NCBI GenBank assembly: GCA_963723515.1
Contig: CAVRQT010000002.1
Coordinates: forward strand, 782,548 to 846,547
Length of the DNA: 64,000 nucleotides
Direction: 5' to 3'
DNA from: Vulcanimicrobiota bacterium
GTDB lineage: Bacteria > Vulcanimicrobiota > Vulcanimicrobiia > Vulcanimicrobiales > Vulcanimicrobiaceae
The first letter of the stretch is position 1; each line of letters opens with the position of its first letter. A program made the translations under genes and the position numbers. Shown here piece after piece: positions 60,407-64,000 of the stretch. The notes beneath the pieces are model-generated. The model was not told where the DNA came from and searched no databases. It was given only the letters and a program-made list of their open reading frames with translations.

Positions 60407-60904
60407 ATGAAGATTTTCGCAAGAATCTCCACGGTCGCACTTTTTCTCGGTGCCGGAATACTAAGCGCGTGCAGCGGAACATCGAACGTTCTCTCGCCAC
60501 GTCCTTCGCCGACCAGTACTCCGATCGTCGCCGGAGACTACACGGGCTCGATCAGCGACAGTCTCAGAGGCGGTGGAACCGCAGCCGCCACGTTGGCCCA
60601 ACACGGCGCAAATCTCGGGGGCGAACTGACTTCAACGTTCGGCACGACGAACATCGAGATGTTTGTCTCGGCGACGCTCGATGCATCGAACAATTTTGCA
60701 GGCGAAATAATACAAGATGCCCCGGTAACATGCGTCTTTACATTGAACGGTTCATACAACACGTCCACCAATCAGTTGACCGGTTCGTATGGCGCGCTTA
60801 CCGGATGCAGCGGGCAGAACGGAAACTTCACGCTGACGCAGCAGTGCATAGATCAACCGACAGCACGAAGAGCGCAGCCGATCTCGGGGCCGAGGCCTTG
60901 CTAG
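60407..60904 (+). CDS. Hypothetical lipoprotein
   Basis: LSAC lipobox, Thr/Gly-rich beta-strand pattern with several Cys. Confidence 0.7.
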   Translation: MKIFARISTVALFLGAGILSACSGTSNVLSPRPSPTSTPIVAGDYTGSISDSLRGGGTAAATLAQHGANLGGELTSTFGTTNIEMFVSATLDASNNFAGEIIQDAPVTCVFTLNGSYNTSTNQLTGSYGALTGCSGQNGNFTLTQQCIDQPTARRAQPISGPRPC

Positions 60905-63554
60905 ACGCGCGCTGCTTCCCCTAGCGCCTCATCCTCTGTCCAACGCGCTCCTTCGTCGATAAGCGCTTGAAGATCCGCCTCGCCGAGTGCGAAAACAAGC
61001 TCCTCATGGAGGTGATCGTGCAGCCGGCGATCTGTGCCGCTCACGTTCCATTGCAATGCCGTGAGCCTGGCACGGGAATTTCCGAGCATGCGCGCAGCTT
61101 TTTTCGCGTCATTCGGTCTTTCAACGGCGGCGAGATATCCAATCGTCAGCGCCAGTAACAGCTCATGTGACGCTGAAGCGGCTGCCGAGAAAGCTTCTCG
61201 CGCGACGGCGGCCCCGCGCTCATAGTTGTGCATCGCAAGCTGCTGGTTTGTGAGGGCGACGAGCGCCCATTTGCGCATCTCTTCGTCGTTTACAGTTAAG
61301 GCTTTTTTCGCAAAGCTCCGCAGCGCGTTCGTAACAGCCGGCATCCGATTCTATGTCAGCCCACCACAGTAACGTGCGAGCAGCTTCGTCGTGCCGGCGG
61401 AGCGATTCAAAAATCGTAACGCTTTCCTGAAATCGCGCGCGCGCGTCGTCGATTTGCTCGGGCGGTAGAACCGCGCATCGGCGAAGCGTTAGTGCAAGCA
61501 CATGTGGATCTGCAAGAGCGCGTGCTTTACCGATCGCCTCGTCGGCGGCGTGTGTTCCCTCCTCCCACTGGTGCTGGCTTAGATGCAACTGCACGACTTG
61601 TGAGAGCGCGCGGACAAGGCCGCGGTTTTCCCCTGATTCGCGGAAGAGGCGAACCGCGGCACGCGCTGCATCGAGCGCGCGAGGCAGAGCTCCCAAATTG
61701 TTGTACAGCATCGAAAGTCCGTAGTGAAGCCGCCCACGCAGCTCCGGCGCTACGCCGGCAACTGCCAGCGCCGCTTCACACCAACCGACCCCTTCCCGAA
61801 GCAGCGCTAGCCGTAGGAAGATCGGTGCTGCATCCGCCGCCAGCGCTGCACCTGAGTGCACCTCGTGCGCTTCTCGCAGCGAATACACGAGCGCGGCTCT
61901 GAAATTATCGAGATCCGGCGACAATCGTTGGATCCACATCGGTTTCGGGTCGCCTTCCCACTCGAGGTATGCGGCACGTGCAAGATCGCCAAAGAACGCT
62001 GCATGCTTTGCGCGGATACGGTCGAGCTCGCCGCTGTCCGCTAGGCGCTCGCGCGCGTATTCTGCAAGCGTTTGAAGCATGCGGTAGCGCCGTTCACTCG
62101 CAACCATCGCCATCGATTTATCGCAAAGCGTGCTCAAGAGATCGCCTGCTTCGATGGCATCGCATCTTTCATCGCCGCAGGTTGAAGTAAGCCGCTTCGA
62201 GACTGAAGCTGCCGGCGAAGACGCCGGCGCGGCGGAAAAACCGCTGCTCGACTTCGCCGAGAAGATCGTAGCTCCAATCGATAAGCGCGCGGACGGTTTG
62301 ATGGCGCGGCAATGCGGTTCGGCTGCCGCCCACAAGAATGCGAAACCGTTCATCGAGGTACTTGGACAACTGCTCCAGCGACAAAGTGCGCAGACGGGGC
62401 GCCGCCAGTTCAATTGCCAGCGCGATCCGATCCAGCCGTTCGCAGATGCTCTCGACAAGCTGACGGTTCTGCTTGGTTACGGTAAACTGAGGATCAACGA
62501 TCTTTGCTCGATCGGCAAAAAGCTTTATCGCCGCTTCCGCGTCGAGAGCCGGAAGCTCGTATAGAACCTCTCCCGCGATGTGCAGCCGCTCGCGACTCGT
62601 CGCAAGCAGCGTCACCTGCGGACATTGCTGAAGGATCGCGGCATCTGCACGCGCCGCTTCCAAGATCACATGCTCGCAATTGTCGAACACGATGAGCGTG
62701 CGACGAGGACGTAAGTAGTTGAGCAGTCGTTCCAGCTGCGGGCGACCGTCGCTTTCAGTTACCCCGAGCGCTGAAAGTGTTGTCGCTGCAACCAGAGATT
62801 CATCGGAGATGGGCGCAAAGTCGACGAACCATGCGCCGTCGTCCATTTGATCAAGCAGATTATATGCGATCTGCAACGCGGTGCGCGTCTTCCCAACACC
62901 TCCGGCGCCGACGATCGTCACCAGCGATGCCCGACGCAGAAGATCTTCGATCCGCGCGATGTCGGCGTCGCGTCCGAAGAAGGCCGTCGGTTGGCGCGGC
63001 AGATTGTTTGCGGTGGCCCGTGCCGAGCGCAGCGGCTTGAATTCGCTCGGCAGATCGGAAGCGGTGAGTTGGAAGACCTGCTCAGGGGCCTGCAACCCGC
63101 GCAGAACCATCGCGCCGCACGGGCGCAATGCAAGGCCATTTTCAACCGTGCCATTTGCGGCGTCCGCCGCGGCTGCCGAAACCAAAACCTGTCCGCCGTT
63201 GGCGATGGAGAGAAGGCGCGAGGCTCGATTGAGCGCGGGACCAAAATAATCGCCGTTGCGCGCCTCCGTTTCACCGGCATCGATCGCCATGCGAACGAAG
63301 AGTCCGCCGACGGCGGACCAATCTTGCGCTAAGAGCCGGCGTTGCGCATCGTGAGCTGCGGCAAGCGCGTGTTCGACCAGCGCAAAGACGGCGTAGAATG
63401 CGTCGCCAGCTGTCTTGAAGACCGTGCCGCCGTGCGAGGTGATGGCGGAGTTCAGGATCGCGTCGTGCTCTCGCAAGGCGGAACGCATCGCGTCGCGATT
63501 CGCATCCCATCGCGACGTGCTGCCCTCAATGTCGGAAAGCAAAAAGAATTGCAC
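60901..63554 (-). CDS. Class III adenylate/guanylate cyclase domain + STAND NTPase + TPR-like protein (frameshifts ~62190 and ~61340)
   Basis: SDIEGST, KTAGDAF, DYFGPALNRASRL; NNLP, GAGGVGKT, DNCEH, ATSRE, ALIDWSYDLL. Confidence 0.87.
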
Positions 63555-63626
63555 CGGCGTCCGCCTTAAAGAAAGCTCACGCCGACCGGGACGCGCGTTC
63601 GCAGGGCGTATCCAAAGTCTCTGAGA

Positions 63627-64000
63627 TTACGGCGATTCGTGCCTTGCGCATTCGGAGAGCGGTTTGTTCCCGACATTCTCAATCGATTGATACAGAGAAA
63701 CGGGGCGATGATTTCGGCACCGCAGGCCACCCACCGGATCAGGGTCGTGGTAGTAGCTGATCGCGAGCGTTCGAGTCCGGTCGTTGAGAGTCAGTTTCTT
63801 TTCGGCCCTGAGTTGCAGAATGGCGTTAACAACGAAGGTTTTGGTGTTGCTGCCAATGCGAAAGTGGTCGGCCGGCGACAGTCTTGCTCCTCTACCATCC
63901 CAGACGCCGACAAGGACGCCGGGAAGTGGCGTGTCGCCTCCGTACTTCCTACGATCGTTCTCGACGGTAGAGATGATCGCTGACTGGACCGACGAACTCG
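63627..64000 (-). pseudogene. Truncated serine hydrolase (beta-lactamase family) fragment, 5' end beyond window
   Basis: Manual translation PGVLVGVW...DHFRIGSNTKTF..AILQL..EKKLTLND (SxxK), after which similarity is lost and a stop follows ~50 codons later. Confidence 0.65.

Overview
A GC-rich bacterial chromosomal window, mostly housekeeping genes: cvpA, pheT/pheS, trmH-type, rplT-rpmI-infC, rocD, tag, tricorn protease, uppS, meaB plus an acyl-CoA mutase pair, gltX, glmU, thyX, pth-rplY-prs, uvrB, uvrA, ligA, SRAP, nnr, acpS, birA, ndk, eno and two tRNAs. An accessory region follows tRNA-Glu (~54.7-64 kb). Gene style suggests a Terrabacteria lineage such as Eremiobacterota/Vulcanimicrobiota (inference, unverified). 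Many essential genes carry single-base frameshifts, which most likely reflect long-read assembly errors. Most interesting signals: (1) an unannotated ~190-nt minus-strand RNA between birA and ndk, made of a 72-nt tmRNA-like tRNA-like domain (G3.U70, A73, T-arm, no mRNA-like domain), a downstream segment antisense to its 5' half, and a terminator; (2) a family of palindromic REP/MITE-like elements, including a 57-bp tandem array and copies that overlap coding frames; (3) a decayed 2.3-kb integrative islet at tRNA-Glu with att direct repeats, an integrase relic whose catalytic Tyr codon is TAA, and an NHL-repeat/SGNH-like cargo gene; (4) the enolase stop codon lying inside a tRNA(CAU) gene; (5) two apparent pseudo-enzymes (archaemetzincin-like and NAGK-like) and a mutase with isobutyryl-CoA-type specificity residues.
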